Shown here one piece after another: positions 21,456 to 29,796 of a stretch of DNA of 29,796 nucleotides. Under the pieces are notes generated by a model. The model saw only the letters and a program-made list of their open reading frames with translations. It searched no databases and was not told the origin of the DNA. Location of the stretch: NCBI GenBank assembly GCA_965612795.1, contig CBFDTI010000007.1, forward strand, positions 1-29,796. Reading direction: 5' to 3'. The DNA is from an uncultured bacterium. GTDB taxonomy: Bacteria > Hydrothermota > UBA3073 > NMUJ01. A program made the translations under genes and the position numbers. Position 1 is the stretch's first letter. Every line of letters starts with the position of its first letter.

Positions 21456-21516
21456 TTACTATTTAAAATAGGGTTAAAATTATAAGAACAAGTCTGCTGT
21501 ACAATAGCCAAGATAA

Positions 21517-21544
21517 TTGACAACACAAGGTGTATCCTTAATTT
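21517..21544 (+). promoter_or_regulatory. Putative promoter of rnfC (TTGACA-N16-TAATTT)
   Basis: TTGACA 21517-21522, TAATTT 21539-21544, ATG 9 nt later; no SD. Confidence 0.5.
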
Positions 21545-21553
21545 AAATTCCTT

Positions 21554-22864
21554 ATGAAGCTCAAGAAAGTCACCTTCCCCGGTGGGGTTAAGGTTCCCGA
21601 GCATAAGGAGCTGGCGGAGGACAAACCTATAGAGGTGTTGCCCGAACCTGAACTTGCCATCATCCCACTATCACAGCATACGGGTAAGTTCGCTAACCCA
21701 ACCGTTAAGCCGGGTGATAGGGTCAAGATCGGTACCAAGATAGGTGAGCTACAGGGGTTCATATCGGCTAATGTGCATTCATCTATTGCAGGTAAGGTGG
21801 TGAAGATCGAGGAGCATCCACATCCGGTGGGTACTACAGTACCAGCAGTGTTTATCGAGAATGATGGTAGTGGCGAAACCGAGGAATTTACACCTAAAGA
21901 TTGGGAAGCACTATCGCCACAGGAGATAATCGAGACAATAAAAGAGGCAGGTATCGTGGGGCTTGGTGGTGCAGCTTTCCCTACACATGTGAAGCTGTCA
22001 CCACCACCTGAGAAGCAGTTCCATAGCATGATACTTAATGGTGCAGAGTGTGAACCTTACCTTACGATAGATCACAGGTTGATGGTAGAGCATGCTAGGG
22101 AGATACTTGAGGGTGGTGCCATCATACGTAAGGCGTTGGGTGCCAAAACCGCATACATTGGGATAGAAGATAACAAGCCAGAAGCTATTGAGCAGATGAT
22201 GAAATTAGCTCCTGAATTCGATTTTGAAGTAGTAGTATTGCGTACGAAATATCCGCAGGGGTCAGAAAAGCAGCTAATAAAAGCTATAACCGGTAAAGAG
22301 GTGCCATCAGGTGGCTTACCTATGGATGTAGGTGTATACGTGCAGAATGTAGGTACCGCATATGCAATATACGAGGTGTTCAGTAAAGGCAAACCCCTAT
22401 ACGAGCGTGGTGTCACCGTAACCGGCAAGGTTAAGGAGCCCAAGAACTTACTCGTAAGGATAGGTACACCGGTGAAGAAGTTAATCGAAGCTGCTGGCGG
22501 ATATAGTGAACCACCTAGTAAGTTAATAATCGGTGGCCCGATGATGGGTATCTCACAATATACTGAGGATATACCAGTAGTTAAAGGTACCACAGGTATT
22601 GTTGTGCAGTCAGCAGCTGAGGTGACGTTACCGTTGGATCTACCATGTATAAGGTGTGGCTTCTGTGTAGACGTATGTCCGATGGGGTTGGTACCCACAT
22701 TGGTTGCAGATTATGTGAGGGTTGATGATATAGATGCAGCTGAAGAGTGGGGTATCATGGATTGTATGGAATGCGGTAGCTGTGCGTATGTATGTCCGGC
22801 TAAACGTAACCTCGTACATTACATTAAGCTGGGTAAAACGATCATCATGAAGCGCAGAAAATGA
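21554..22864 (+). CDS. rnfC: Rnf/Rsx electron transport complex subunit C
   Basis: TFPGGV, GIVGLGGAAFPTHVK, NGAECEPYLT, KYPQGSEKQLI, GGPMMG, and two [4Fe-4S] motifs (CIRCGFCVDVCP, CMECGSCAYVCP). Confidence 0.95.
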   Translation: MKLKKVTFPGGVKVPEHKELAEDKPIEVLPEPELAIIPLSQHTGKFANPTVKPGDRVKIGTKIGELQGFISANVHSSIAGKVVKIEEHPHPVGTTVPAVFIENDGSGETEEFTPKDWEALSPQEIIETIKEAGIVGLGGAAFPTHVKLSPPPEKQFHSMILNGAECEPYLTIDHRLMVEHAREILEGGAIIRKALGAKTAYIGIEDNKPEAIEQMMKLAPEFDFEVVVLRTKYPQGSEKQLIKAITGKEVPSGGLPMDVGVYVQNVGTAYAIYEVFSKGKPLYERGVTVTGKVKEPKNLLVRIGTPVKKLIEAAGGYSEPPSKLIIGGPMMGISQYTEDIPVVKGTTGIVVQSAAEVTLPLDLPCIRCGFCVDVCPMGLVPTLVADYVRVDDIDAAEEWGIMDCMECGSCAYVCPAKRNLVHYIKLGKTIIMKRRK

Positions 22865-23847
22865 ACCCTTCTACAGCTACTCTGAAAGTTAGCGTATCAC
22901 CCCATATCAGGAGTGTCGACAACATATCACGCATTATGTATAGTGTGATAGCAGCGTTGATGTTACCACTTGTTGGCGCAGTATATTTCTATGGGTGGTG
23001 TGCGCTATGGTTGACGCTATCAGGGATAGTGGGTGCGGTGTTGGCTGAGCTTATCGTCAACCTCATACAACGTAAGTTCACAATAACTGACGGTAGTGCG
23101 ATAATCACCGGTATACTGGTGGCATTTAATGTACCACCAGGTGCACCGTGGTGGTTGCCGTTTGCGGGGTCAATATTTGCGATACTGGTGGCGAAAGCAC
23201 CATTTGGTGGGTTGGGGCATAACATACTGAATCCAGCACTTGCAGGACGTGCGTTCCTCATGGCGTCATGGCCCAATTTTATGACAAAGGGATGGCTCGC
23301 ACCGATAAGGCCAGCCGGTAGTACAATTTCGGGGGTGGCAACAATTACAACAGCTACTCCACTGGGGGTGGCAAAACTGCAACCTAACCTCGCAAGTATG
23401 CTCAATACACCTGCGGCATTGAAGGCTATGTTTATCGGCAACATAGGTGGGGTGGTGGGTGAAACTTCAGCCTTACTTATATTGGTTGCAGCATTACCGT
23501 TGATATTCAAGAAATACATAGATTGGCGGATACCAGTATTTTACGTAGGGACGGTGTTTGTGCTGACTGGGATACTGTATGAGTTTGGGGTGACACCACT
23601 CTCACCATTGGCACATATACTGGCGGGTGGGTTGTTTTTAGGTGCATTCTTCATGGCAACTGATATGGTGACCTCACCTGTGACGAGAAAGGGTAAGATA
23701 ATCTTTGCAATAGGTTGTGGGATAATAACTGTGGCGATCAGGATCTGGGGTGGCTATCCTGAGGGTGTATCTTACTCGATACTGTTGATGAACATAGTGA
23801 CACCACTTATCGATCGTAAGGTGAAACCAAGAAGGTTTGGTACATGA
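22861..23847 (+). CDS. rnfD: Rnf/Rsx electron transport complex subunit D
   Basis: SPHIR, DGSAIITG, FGGLGHNILNPAL, FMN-Thr motif TTATPL, GETSA, FFMATDMVTSP, GYPEGVSYSILLMN. Confidence 0.95.
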   Translation: MNPSTATLKVSVSPHIRSVDNISRIMYSVIAALMLPLVGAVYFYGWCALWLTLSGIVGAVLAELIVNLIQRKFTITDGSAIITGILVAFNVPPGAPWWLPFAGSIFAILVAKAPFGGLGHNILNPALAGRAFLMASWPNFMTKGWLAPIRPAGSTISGVATITTATPLGVAKLQPNLASMLNTPAALKAMFIGNIGGVVGETSALLILVAALPLIFKKYIDWRIPVFYVGTVFVLTGILYEFGVTPLSPLAHILAGGLFLGAFFMATDMVTSPVTRKGKIIFAIGCGIITVAIRIWGGYPEGVSYSILLMNIVTPLIDRKVKPRRFGT

Positions 23848-25274
23848 TAGGACGGTTGTTGATAGGAGGTGAATGGGTAACAACTTCAGAAAAGCTACCC
23901 GTTTATAACCCCTATAGTGGTGATGTAGTAGCTGAAGTCTATGCAGCAGGTGCGGATGAGGTTGCCCACGCTATAGCTACTGTAAAGGAGGGGTTTAATC
24001 AGATATCGCAGCTACCTGCACATAAACGTGCATCCATACTGCGCAGGGTTAGCGAGCTGATAAGTGAACGTAAGGAAGAGCTTGCCCAAACCATAGCACT
24101 CGAATCGGGCAAAACCATACGCGAGGCACGTACTGAGGTGCAACGTGCATGCCAAACGTTCCTACTATCGGCGGAGGAGGCCAAACGTGTCACGGGTGAG
24201 GTGATACCGTTTGATGCTGTACCATATGGGGAACATAAATTTGGTTTCTACATTAGGGAACCGGTGGGTTTGGTGTTAGCGATAACACCGTTCAACTTTC
24301 CATTAAATTTGGTTGCACATAAATTGGGGCCTGCATTTGCAGCAGGTGATGCGGTGGTGCTGAAGCCGTCTACAGTTACACCGATGACAGCGCTGAAGTT
24401 AGGTGAGATACTGCTGGAGGCAGGTCTACCACCTAACGCATTGGCGATACTGGTGGGTAAAGGTGAAGTATTGGGTGATATGCTCGTGAAATGCCCTGAG
24501 TTTAGGGTTGTTACATTTACGGGTAGTTTGGTGGTGGCGAACGAGATACTACGTAAGGCGGGGTTCAAACGTGTGATCATAGAGGCGGGGTCTAACTCTG
24601 CAGCTATAGTGATGGAAGGTGCTGACCTATCATATGCGGTTACTCGTATCAAGGTAGGTGGGTTTGCAGTTGCGGGACAAGTCTGTATATCCGTACAGCG
24701 GGTGTATGTGGATGCACGAATCTATGATGAGTTTAAGGAGAGGTTAGTTGCTGAGGTACGTAAGATGAAGGTAGGTAACCCACTGGACGAAACTACGGAT
24801 ATGGGGCCAATGATATCGGAAGCGGCTGCAAGGCGGTTGGAAAGCTGGATAGACGAAGCTGTCAACCGAGGTGCGAAAGTTATCATAGGGGGTGAACGCA
24901 AAGGTACGCTGTTCTATCCTACGTTGATGGAAAACGTACCTGAAGATGTGTCACTGTTTCGTGAAGAGGCATTCGGTCCAATAATCCTGTTGTATCCATA
25001 CGATACGATAGAAGATGCCATACGTGGGGTTAATAACACAAAGTATGGGTTACAGGCGGGTGTGTTTACAAATGACTACAGGAGGGCGCTCGATATCGCA
25101 CGTAGGATTGAAGTGGGTGGGGTGATGATCAACGATGTACCCACGTACAGGGCGGATCAGATGCCGTATGGTGGGGTGAAACATAGCGGGCTCGGTAGAG
25201 AAGGGCCACGCTTCGCTATAGAGGAGTTAACTGAAATCAAGGTGATAACGTTTGATATGAAGAATGTTAAGTGA
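23844..25274 (+). CDS. NAD(P)-dependent aldehyde dehydrogenase (lactaldehyde dehydrogenase/GAPN-related group)
   Basis: AITPFNFPLNLVAHK, FTGS, catalytic Glu in IIEAGSNS, catalytic Cys in GQVCISVQR, EEAFGP, YGLQAG, PYGGVKHSGLGREG; ATGA overlap with rnfD. Confidence 0.92.
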   Translation: MIGRLLIGGEWVTTSEKLPVYNPYSGDVVAEVYAAGADEVAHAIATVKEGFNQISQLPAHKRASILRRVSELISERKEELAQTIALESGKTIREARTEVQRACQTFLLSAEEAKRVTGEVIPFDAVPYGEHKFGFYIREPVGLVLAITPFNFPLNLVAHKLGPAFAAGDAVVLKPSTVTPMTALKLGEILLEAGLPPNALAILVGKGEVLGDMLVKCPEFRVVTFTGSLVVANEILRKAGFKRVIIEAGSNSAAIVMEGADLSYAVTRIKVGGFAVAGQVCISVQRVYVDARIYDEFKERLVAEVRKMKVGNPLDETTDMGPMISEAAARRLESWIDEAVNRGAKVIIGGERKGTLFYPTLMENVPEDVSLFREEAFGPIILLYPYDTIEDAIRGVNNTKYGLQAGVFTNDYRRALDIARRIEVGGVMINDVPTYRADQMPYGGVKHSGLGREGPRFAIEELTEIKVITFDMKNVK

Positions 25275-25353
25275 TGACGAACCTGAATGGTAAAACCAGG
25301 TTTAGAATTTAGTATCTCGAACTTAGAGGTTCATCCACCCAATAGGGGGTGAT

Positions 25354-25881
25354 ATGGAGGTTAAGGTAGGGGGTAAAAAGGTTATCATCAAACAGTCTGA
25401 TATCACTGAAGAGCAGGTCGATGCTATAGTGAATGCGGCCAACCCATACCTCAAACATGGTGGTGGTGTAGCAGGCGCTATTGTACGTAAAGGGGGTAAG
25501 ATCATACAGGAGGAGAGCAACAAAATTGGTTACGTACCTGTGGGCGAGGTCGCAGTTACAACTGCAGGTAAGCTAAAAGCCAAGTACGTAATACATGCGG
25601 TAGGGCCAAGATGGGGTGAGGGTGACGAGGAAGCTAAGCTACGGCGTGCGGTACGTAATGCGTTGAGTAAAGCTACAGAGTTGAAGCTAAAATCAATAGC
25701 TATGCCAGCTATAAGCACAGGGATATTTGGGTACCCCAAGGAAGAAGGTACACGCGTGATACTGGATGAGGTGGTAAATTTCCTGACACATGAGACAACG
25801 ACGGTGGATGAGGTGCGGCTCGTAAGCATAGACAAGGCTACATATGAGCTGTTTCTTAAGCATGCGGATAGATTGAAGTAA
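25354..25881 (+). CDS. Macrodomain protein (MacroD/YmdB-type ADP-ribose-binding hydrolase)
   Basis: [42 protein letters not shown]. Confidence 0.93.
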   Translation: MEVKVGGKKVIIKQSDITEEQVDAIVNAANPYLKHGGGVAGAIVRKGGKIIQEESNKIGYVPVGEVAVTTAGKLKAKYVIHAVGPRWGEGDEEAKLRRAVRNALSKATELKLKSIAMPAISTGIFGYPKEEGTRVILDEVVNFLTHETTTVDEVRLVSIDKATYELFLKHADRLK

Positions 25882-25882
25882 G

Positions 25883-26797
25883 ATGGCAATCATTTGGATA
25901 ATAGCGGCGTTGGAGCTGGTTGATGTGATATACTTCAGGGCATGGGATTATCCGAAGTCAGTTTATGTGGCACCTGACGGTAACAAGGTGTATGTAGCCA
26001 ACCTTGAGGGGCAAAACATCGTTGTGGTGGATGCAAAATCCCATAAAGTGAAGGAGCGTATTGAATTATTGGGTAAGCCTGTTGAAATAGCGTTTAGTCG
26101 AGGTGGCCGTTGGGTATGGATAACGTTGTTGGATCGTGGTGAGGTGGTAGTATACGATACATTGATAAAGGGGATATTACGTACGATAGAGGTGGGTGAA
26201 GAACCTAAGATAGTGAGGGTGTCACCAGACGATAGGGTTGTGGTGGTAGCTAACTGGAAAAGTGGCGATATATCAGTGATCGATACGAAGCAGTTGGAAG
26301 AGATCAAACGTGTGAAAGTGGGGCGTCACCCACGAGGCATGGCATTCCATCCGAAACGTCCCTTGCTCTATGTGGCGTTGATGGGTGGTGGTGGCATAGC
26401 GGTACTACATACGTCAGGGTTCGATGTGGTAGGCTTTATACCGACGGAGATGACACCACGTCATATTGTGGTGACAAAAGACGGTAATACTGCATATGTG
26501 AGTTGTAATCTAGCTAATTGTGTGGAGGTGATCGATTTACGGATGAATAAGGTTATAAAGAGTATAAAGGTGAAGAATAGGCCACGGACGATAGTGTTGT
26601 CACCAGATAATAGGTACCTGTACGTGGTGAATTACGAGTCTGACACGTTGGGGGTGGTCAATCTCATGAACGACGAAGTTAAATATTATCCAGCTGGCGA
26701 ACATCCTGTGGGTGTGGATGTGACACCTGACGGTAAGTATGTATGGGTGACAAATTACTTTCCAAAGTGCTCACTGTACATATATCGAAGGGACTGA
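25883..26797 (+). CDS. YVTN/YncE-family beta-propeller protein
   Basis: About 7 repeats of the type P..V.V.PDG..VYV.N (APDGNKVYVAN, SPDDRVVVVAN, SPDNRYLYVVN, TPDGKYVWVTN). Confidence 0.88.
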   Translation: MAIIWIIAALELVDVIYFRAWDYPKSVYVAPDGNKVYVANLEGQNIVVVDAKSHKVKERIELLGKPVEIAFSRGGRWVWITLLDRGEVVVYDTLIKGILRTIEVGEEPKIVRVSPDDRVVVVANWKSGDISVIDTKQLEEIKRVKVGRHPRGMAFHPKRPLLYVALMGGGGIAVLHTSGFDVVGFIPTEMTPRHIVVTKDGNTAYVSCNLANCVEVIDLRMNKVIKSIKVKNRPRTIVLSPDNRYLYVVNYESDTLGVVNLMNDEVKYYPAGEHPVGVDVTPDGKYVWVTNYFPKCSLYIYRRD

Positions 26798-26826
26798 AAA
26801 GTTGGAAGGTTGGAAAGGGGAGATTG

Positions 26827-28086
26827 CTACTCTGTAGCTTCGAGATACGGTATTGTGATACTACCCTCGGGCATGATGATCACGCGAAGGTTGTCACCTC
26901 TCATACTATAAGCGGCGTCGATGGCGGATTGCAGTGAATCGAATGGACGTATGAAAATACGGTTAAGCACATTGGGGGGTAGATCGGTGACCGCCCACAT
27001 GTGTGCCCATGTGGCGATTTCAGCCAGCTTAGCTGCTTTGTGGTAGCCGAGTTTATAGCCCTCAGCGATACGGTTGAGGACAGCTTGTGGGGTGGGTTCT
27101 TGGCTCAGTAACTCGTAGAAGACCTGTTCACCGATACCTTCACGACACTTTGATACCAATAACAATATACCGTTAGGGGTGAGTGCAAGTTTGGCGTTAT
27201 CGATAGCCTTCTGTGACTGATAGAGGTCGACATCCATCGGGAAGGGTGCCACGGTGATAACCATGTCAGCTTTGGCATCTACGGGGGTGACGAAGATTTC
27301 GCGTGCACTGGCAACTGCCTTGAGGAAGCTTGCATCCATGTCACCGGTAAAAGCTGCATAGATACGGTGATGACGGTCGAGTACGATCTGGATGAAAAAC
27401 ATAGGGGGTGCATGTTGTAACACCATATGGGCACCTTCGTACATGTCCTCAGCGACAGGATTACCGTCGAGCTTCAACGCATGCGATTCAGGTAGTAGTG
27501 CAAGCTTGTGGTTAGCTTCTATGGTCTCGTATGCGGTGATACCGGGGAGGATGGACTTACGACCACCGGTGAACCCTGCAAAGTAATGAGGTTCAACAGA
27601 AGTTATAACCACCACACGGGGGAACTCGAACAAACATTTATGCACCCATATGGGGGTGCCACGTGATGTGGTACCGATAAACTTGTAGTCGGGTTTGTTC
27701 TCGGAATCGTTGAAATATATCCTATTTTGAGAGACTTCATAGAAATCGCCTAGTATACGACGCAGTTCGGTAGGATTCGACCGTCGATGTATACCGGTGG
27801 CGATTAGAAAATGTAGCTCCTTGTTGGTAAGGTGAGGTTTTAGCAGCTCTAAGACCTTAGCAGAGGGAGTAGGCCTTGTATGATCGTTTACTACAAAGAG
27901 TACCTTATCGGTGTTGAGGAATTCATGTATTGGCGGTGCATCGATAGGATGGGCGAGCGCCTCCTGAAGGACGGATAGTTCATCACGTGTGGGTACCTCG
28001 TTTGGATATACGAATTCCACCTGCCACGAATCTGGTAGCTCCGCTACCTGTTTGTCATGTTCACCGTAGGGGAGTTCGATATGCAT
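26827..28086 (-). CDS. larA: Nickel-pincer-dependent lactate racemase family protein (LarA/DUF2088)
   Basis: LPYG, NDHTRPTP, IATGIHR, PHYFAGFTGGRKSILPG, TIEANH, DLYQSQKA. Start reset to ATG 28086 because the track start lies inside tRNA-Phe. Substrate is uncertain. Confidence 0.85.
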   Translation of the reverse strand: MHIELPYGEHDKQVAELPDSWQVEFVYPNEVPTRDELSVLQEALAHPIDAPPIHEFLNTDKVLFVVNDHTRPTPSAKVLELLKPHLTNKELHFLIATGIHRRSNPTELRRILGDFYEVSQNRIYFNDSENKPDYKFIGTTSRGTPIWVHKCLFEFPRVVVITSVEPHYFAGFTGGRKSILPGITAYETIEANHKLALLPESHALKLDGNPVAEDMYEGAHMVLQHAPPMFFIQIVLDRHHRIYAAFTGDMDASFLKAVASAREIFVTPVDAKADMVITVAPFPMDVDLYQSQKAIDNAKLALTPNGILLLVSKCREGIGEQVFYELLSQEPTPQAVLNRIAEGYKLGYHKAAKLAEIATWAHMWAVTDLPPNVLNRIFIRPFDSLQSAIDAAYSMRGDNLRVIIMPEGSITIPYLEATE

Positions 28087-28092
28087 AATGAA

Positions 28093-28165
28093 TGCCGGGG
28101 CCCGGAATCGAACCGGGGACACCGGGATTTTCAGTCCCGTGCTCTACCAACTGAGCTACCCCGGC
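28093..28165 (-). tRNA. tRNA-Phe (GAA), CCA not encoded
   Basis: GCCGGGG-TAGCTCAGTTGGTAGAGC-ACGGGA-CTGAAAA-TCCCG-GTGTC-CCCGG-TTCGATT-CCGGG-CCCCGGC-A; full cloverleaf. Confidence 0.97.
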
Positions 28166-28173
28166 TTATGTTT

Positions 28174-28201
28174 AGGATACAGGAAGATAGGTGGTTGTCA
28201 A
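28174..28201 (-). promoter_or_regulatory. Putative promoter of tRNA-Phe (TTGACA-N16-TATCCT)
   Basis: Minus strand TTGACA 28201-28196, TATCCT 28179-28174, 8 nt before the tRNA 5' end. Confidence 0.6.
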
Positions 28202-28240
28202 GCTGTTTGATAGTTGTATCTGTAGATAACCTGATATACT

Positions 28241-28450
28241 TCAGAGTGTACCGGATAATCGTTTATTCAACTCCTTAAGCAATTTATCAAGATCAACTTC
28301 ATACTTTATGGCGGCCTCCTCGATCGTATCCCATGGGGGTTCACCACATACAAGACATGGTATACCGAAATCCATAAATACTTTGACAGTCTGTGGAAAC
28401 CTTTCCACCACCTCATCTATCTTCATATCCTTAGTGATCTTATCCGCCAT
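28241..28450 (-). CDS. DUF1858 / hybrid-cluster-protein-associated redox disulfide domain protein
   Basis: ITKDMKIDEVVERFPQTVKVFMDFGIPCLVCGE..TIEEAA...VDLDKLLKELN with CxxC; TTGACG-N16-TAAACA lies 6 nt upstream of ATG 28450. Confidence 0.85.
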   Translation of the reverse strand: MADKITKDMKIDEVVERFPQTVKVFMDFGIPCLVCGEPPWDTIEEAAIKYEVDLDKLLKELNKRLSGTL

Positions 28451-28516
28451 GCTCAATGTTTACACAACGTACGTATCACGTCAAGCTACGGGTCGCTGTA
28501 TCAGCCACCATACTTG

Positions 28517-28543
28517 TTGACTTCAACCCAAATCGGTTAAATT
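28517..28543 (+). promoter_or_regulatory. Putative promoter of tRNA-Pro (TTGACT-N15-TAAATT)
   Basis: TTGACT 28517-28522, TAAATT 28538-28543, 9 nt before the tRNA 5' end. Confidence 0.55.
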
Positions 28544-28552
28544 TAATGAACT

Positions 28553-28627
28553 CGGGGCGTGGCGCAGTCTGGTTAGCGCACCAGCATGGGGGGCTGGGGG
28601 TCGGTGGTTCAAATCCACTCGCCCCGA
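28553..28627 (+). tRNA. tRNA-Pro (GGG), CCA not encoded
   Basis: CGGGGCG acceptor stem, D-arm GCGCAGTCTGGTTAGCGC, anticodon arm CCAGC-ATGGGGG-GCTGG, T-arm GTGG-TTCAAAT-CCAC, CGCCCCG-A. Confidence 0.95.
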
Positions 28628-28637
28628 GTTTTAAATT

Positions 28638-29480
28638 ATGATCCTTTTCTACTGGGTGATTGCGGGACTTTCGCACATCTTGCCACGAAACGTAGCGTTG
28701 TTCATAACGTACAGAATAGCTGATTTTATGTATATCACTCTGTATAGGCATAGGTTGCCCATAGTTTACAAAAACCTTGATATGTTATACGAGTTCAAAA
28801 TCCCATTGTGGCGTAAGAAGCGGCTCGCATTACGGATATATCGTAACTTTGCACGCTTTATATATGAGTTTCTGTTATTACCGAGGATTAAAGATGAGAA
28901 GGTTTTGGCCACATTTGTTGAATATTCAGAGGATCACAAAATACGGCACCTAGTAGAGAAGGGTGAATCGGTGATCGTACTTACTGCACATCTCGGTAAT
29001 TGGGAGCTTGGTGCTACTATGTTGGCGGTTAAGGGGTACAGGCCGATCGTTATTGCGTTACGGCCACGTTCGAAGCTTGTGGCACATTTCTTCACCAGCC
29101 GTAGGTTGAAGGCGGGTATGGAGGTTGTGTATTTGGGTGAACCAATGTTCGTTGTGATTAAAGGGTTACGTTCCAATCGCGTAGTGGCTACATTAGGTGA
29201 TAGAGACTACGTAGGTGATGGTATAGAGGTGGATTTTTTGGCTGGTAAAACTGTCTTTCCACGTGGTATATTTGAGATCGCCTATCGCACGGGTGCGTAT
29301 ATAGCACCTGCATTCTGTTTACATCAGAACAAAACTCGTTATTTTATATATTTCGAAACCCCATATAAAGTGGAAGATGTCGAATCTGGCATACGACGAT
29401 GGGTTGATATTTTTGCTAAATACGTGCGTAAGTCGCCTACTGAATGGTATGTATTTGATATGATATGGAGAAAGCACTAA
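28638..29480 (+). CDS. Lysophospholipid acyltransferase family protein (LpxL/HtrB- or PatA-like)
   Basis: LTAHLGNWELG catalytic motif, LGDRD, VDFLAG..FP, YVRKSPTEWY. Confidence 0.88.
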   Translation: MILFYWVIAGLSHILPRNVALFITYRIADFMYITLYRHRLPIVYKNLDMLYEFKIPLWRKKRLALRIYRNFARFIYEFLLLPRIKDEKVLATFVEYSEDHKIRHLVEKGESVIVLTAHLGNWELGATMLAVKGYRPIVIALRPRSKLVAHFFTSRRLKAGMEVVYLGEPMFVVIKGLRSNRVVATLGDRDYVGDGIEVDFLAGKTVFPRGIFEIAYRTGAYIAPAFCLHQNKTRYFIYFETPYKVEDVESGIRRWVDIFAKYVRKSPTEWYVFDMIWRKH

Positions 29481-29796
29481 TCCTACTACCTGCGTATAAC
29501 GTGGGCCCCTTGGTGGGTGAGGTCATAGAGCGTATCCGTTATCCACGTAATCACATACTTGTGGTGGATGATGGGTCTACCGATAACACAAGTGAGGTGG
29601 CACAATCAAAAGGCGTGATAGTGATACGGCATACGAGAAACTTAGGTAAAGGTGCCGCACATAAGACCGGTTTCCGTTATGCGATAACTCACGGTTATGA
29701 CTATGTGATAACCCTAGATGCGGATGGACAACACGATCCTGACGAGATACCGCAATTCATGGAGGCTATAAACCGCTATGATATGGTGATAGGTAG
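29465..29796 (+). CDS. Glycosyltransferase family 2 (DPM1-like), partial
   Basis: Translated by hand: MEKALILLPAYN...VVDDGSTDNT...RHTRNLGKGAA...TLDADGQHDP; runs off the window end. Confidence 0.9.
   Translation, partial: MEKALILLPAYNVGPLVGEVIERIRYPRNHILVVDDGSTDNTSEVAQSKGVIVIRHTRNLGKGAAHKTGFRYAITHGYDYVITLDADGQHDPDEIPQFMEAINRYDMVIG

Noticed and set aside
21479..21504. eno promoter TTGTAC-N14-TATAAT on the minus strand
   Set aside because: The -10 is perfect but the -35 and spacing are ambiguous, so it was not counted as support for the spacer pattern.
23845..23847. TGA of rnfD as a recoded or read-through codon creating an RnfD-ALDH fusion
   Set aside because: RnfD ends at its normal PRRFG terminus and the ALDH is in a different frame; this is an ordinary ATGA coupling.
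28057..28751. ORFs 28057-28278, 28456-28641, 28476-28751 and the N-terminal extension of larA to 28122
   Set aside because: They overlap tRNA-Phe or tRNA-Pro, and the translations are typical tRNA-derived artefacts.

Overview
Densely packed core-genome segment (roughly mid-40s % GC by eye) of a probably anaerobic, diderm bacterium. The style suggests an uncultured lineage such as WOR-3, but that is inference only. In order, it carries a partial beta-propeller lipoprotein, rtcA, a DUF401 membrane protein and a starch/maltodextrin locus (ABC permeases, solute-binding protein, GH13, alpha-glucan phosphorylase, convergent GH57). These are followed by a propeller lipoprotein, a four-gene uncharacterised membrane operon (DUF6754-type), rpmF-plsX-M23 peptidase, mnmG, eno, and a split rnf locus (rnfC-rnfD only) coupled to an aldehyde dehydrogenase. 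The end of the window holds a macrodomain protein, a YVTN propeller, a LarA-family racemase, tRNA-Phe, a DUF1858 CxxC protein, tRNA-Pro, an LPLAT acyltransferase and a partial GT2. No mobile elements or CRISPR arrays were seen. The most striking unexplained patterns are: (1) sigma70-like promoters with a consistently short 15-16 bp spacer, several driving near-leaderless genes; (2) very short, uncharged, Trp-containing N-terminal peptides on several proteins expected to be exported; (3) the translationally coupled four-subunit membrane operon; (4) both tRNAs lacking CCA and followed within 6-10 nt by a CDS with no Shine-Dalgarno (SD) site.
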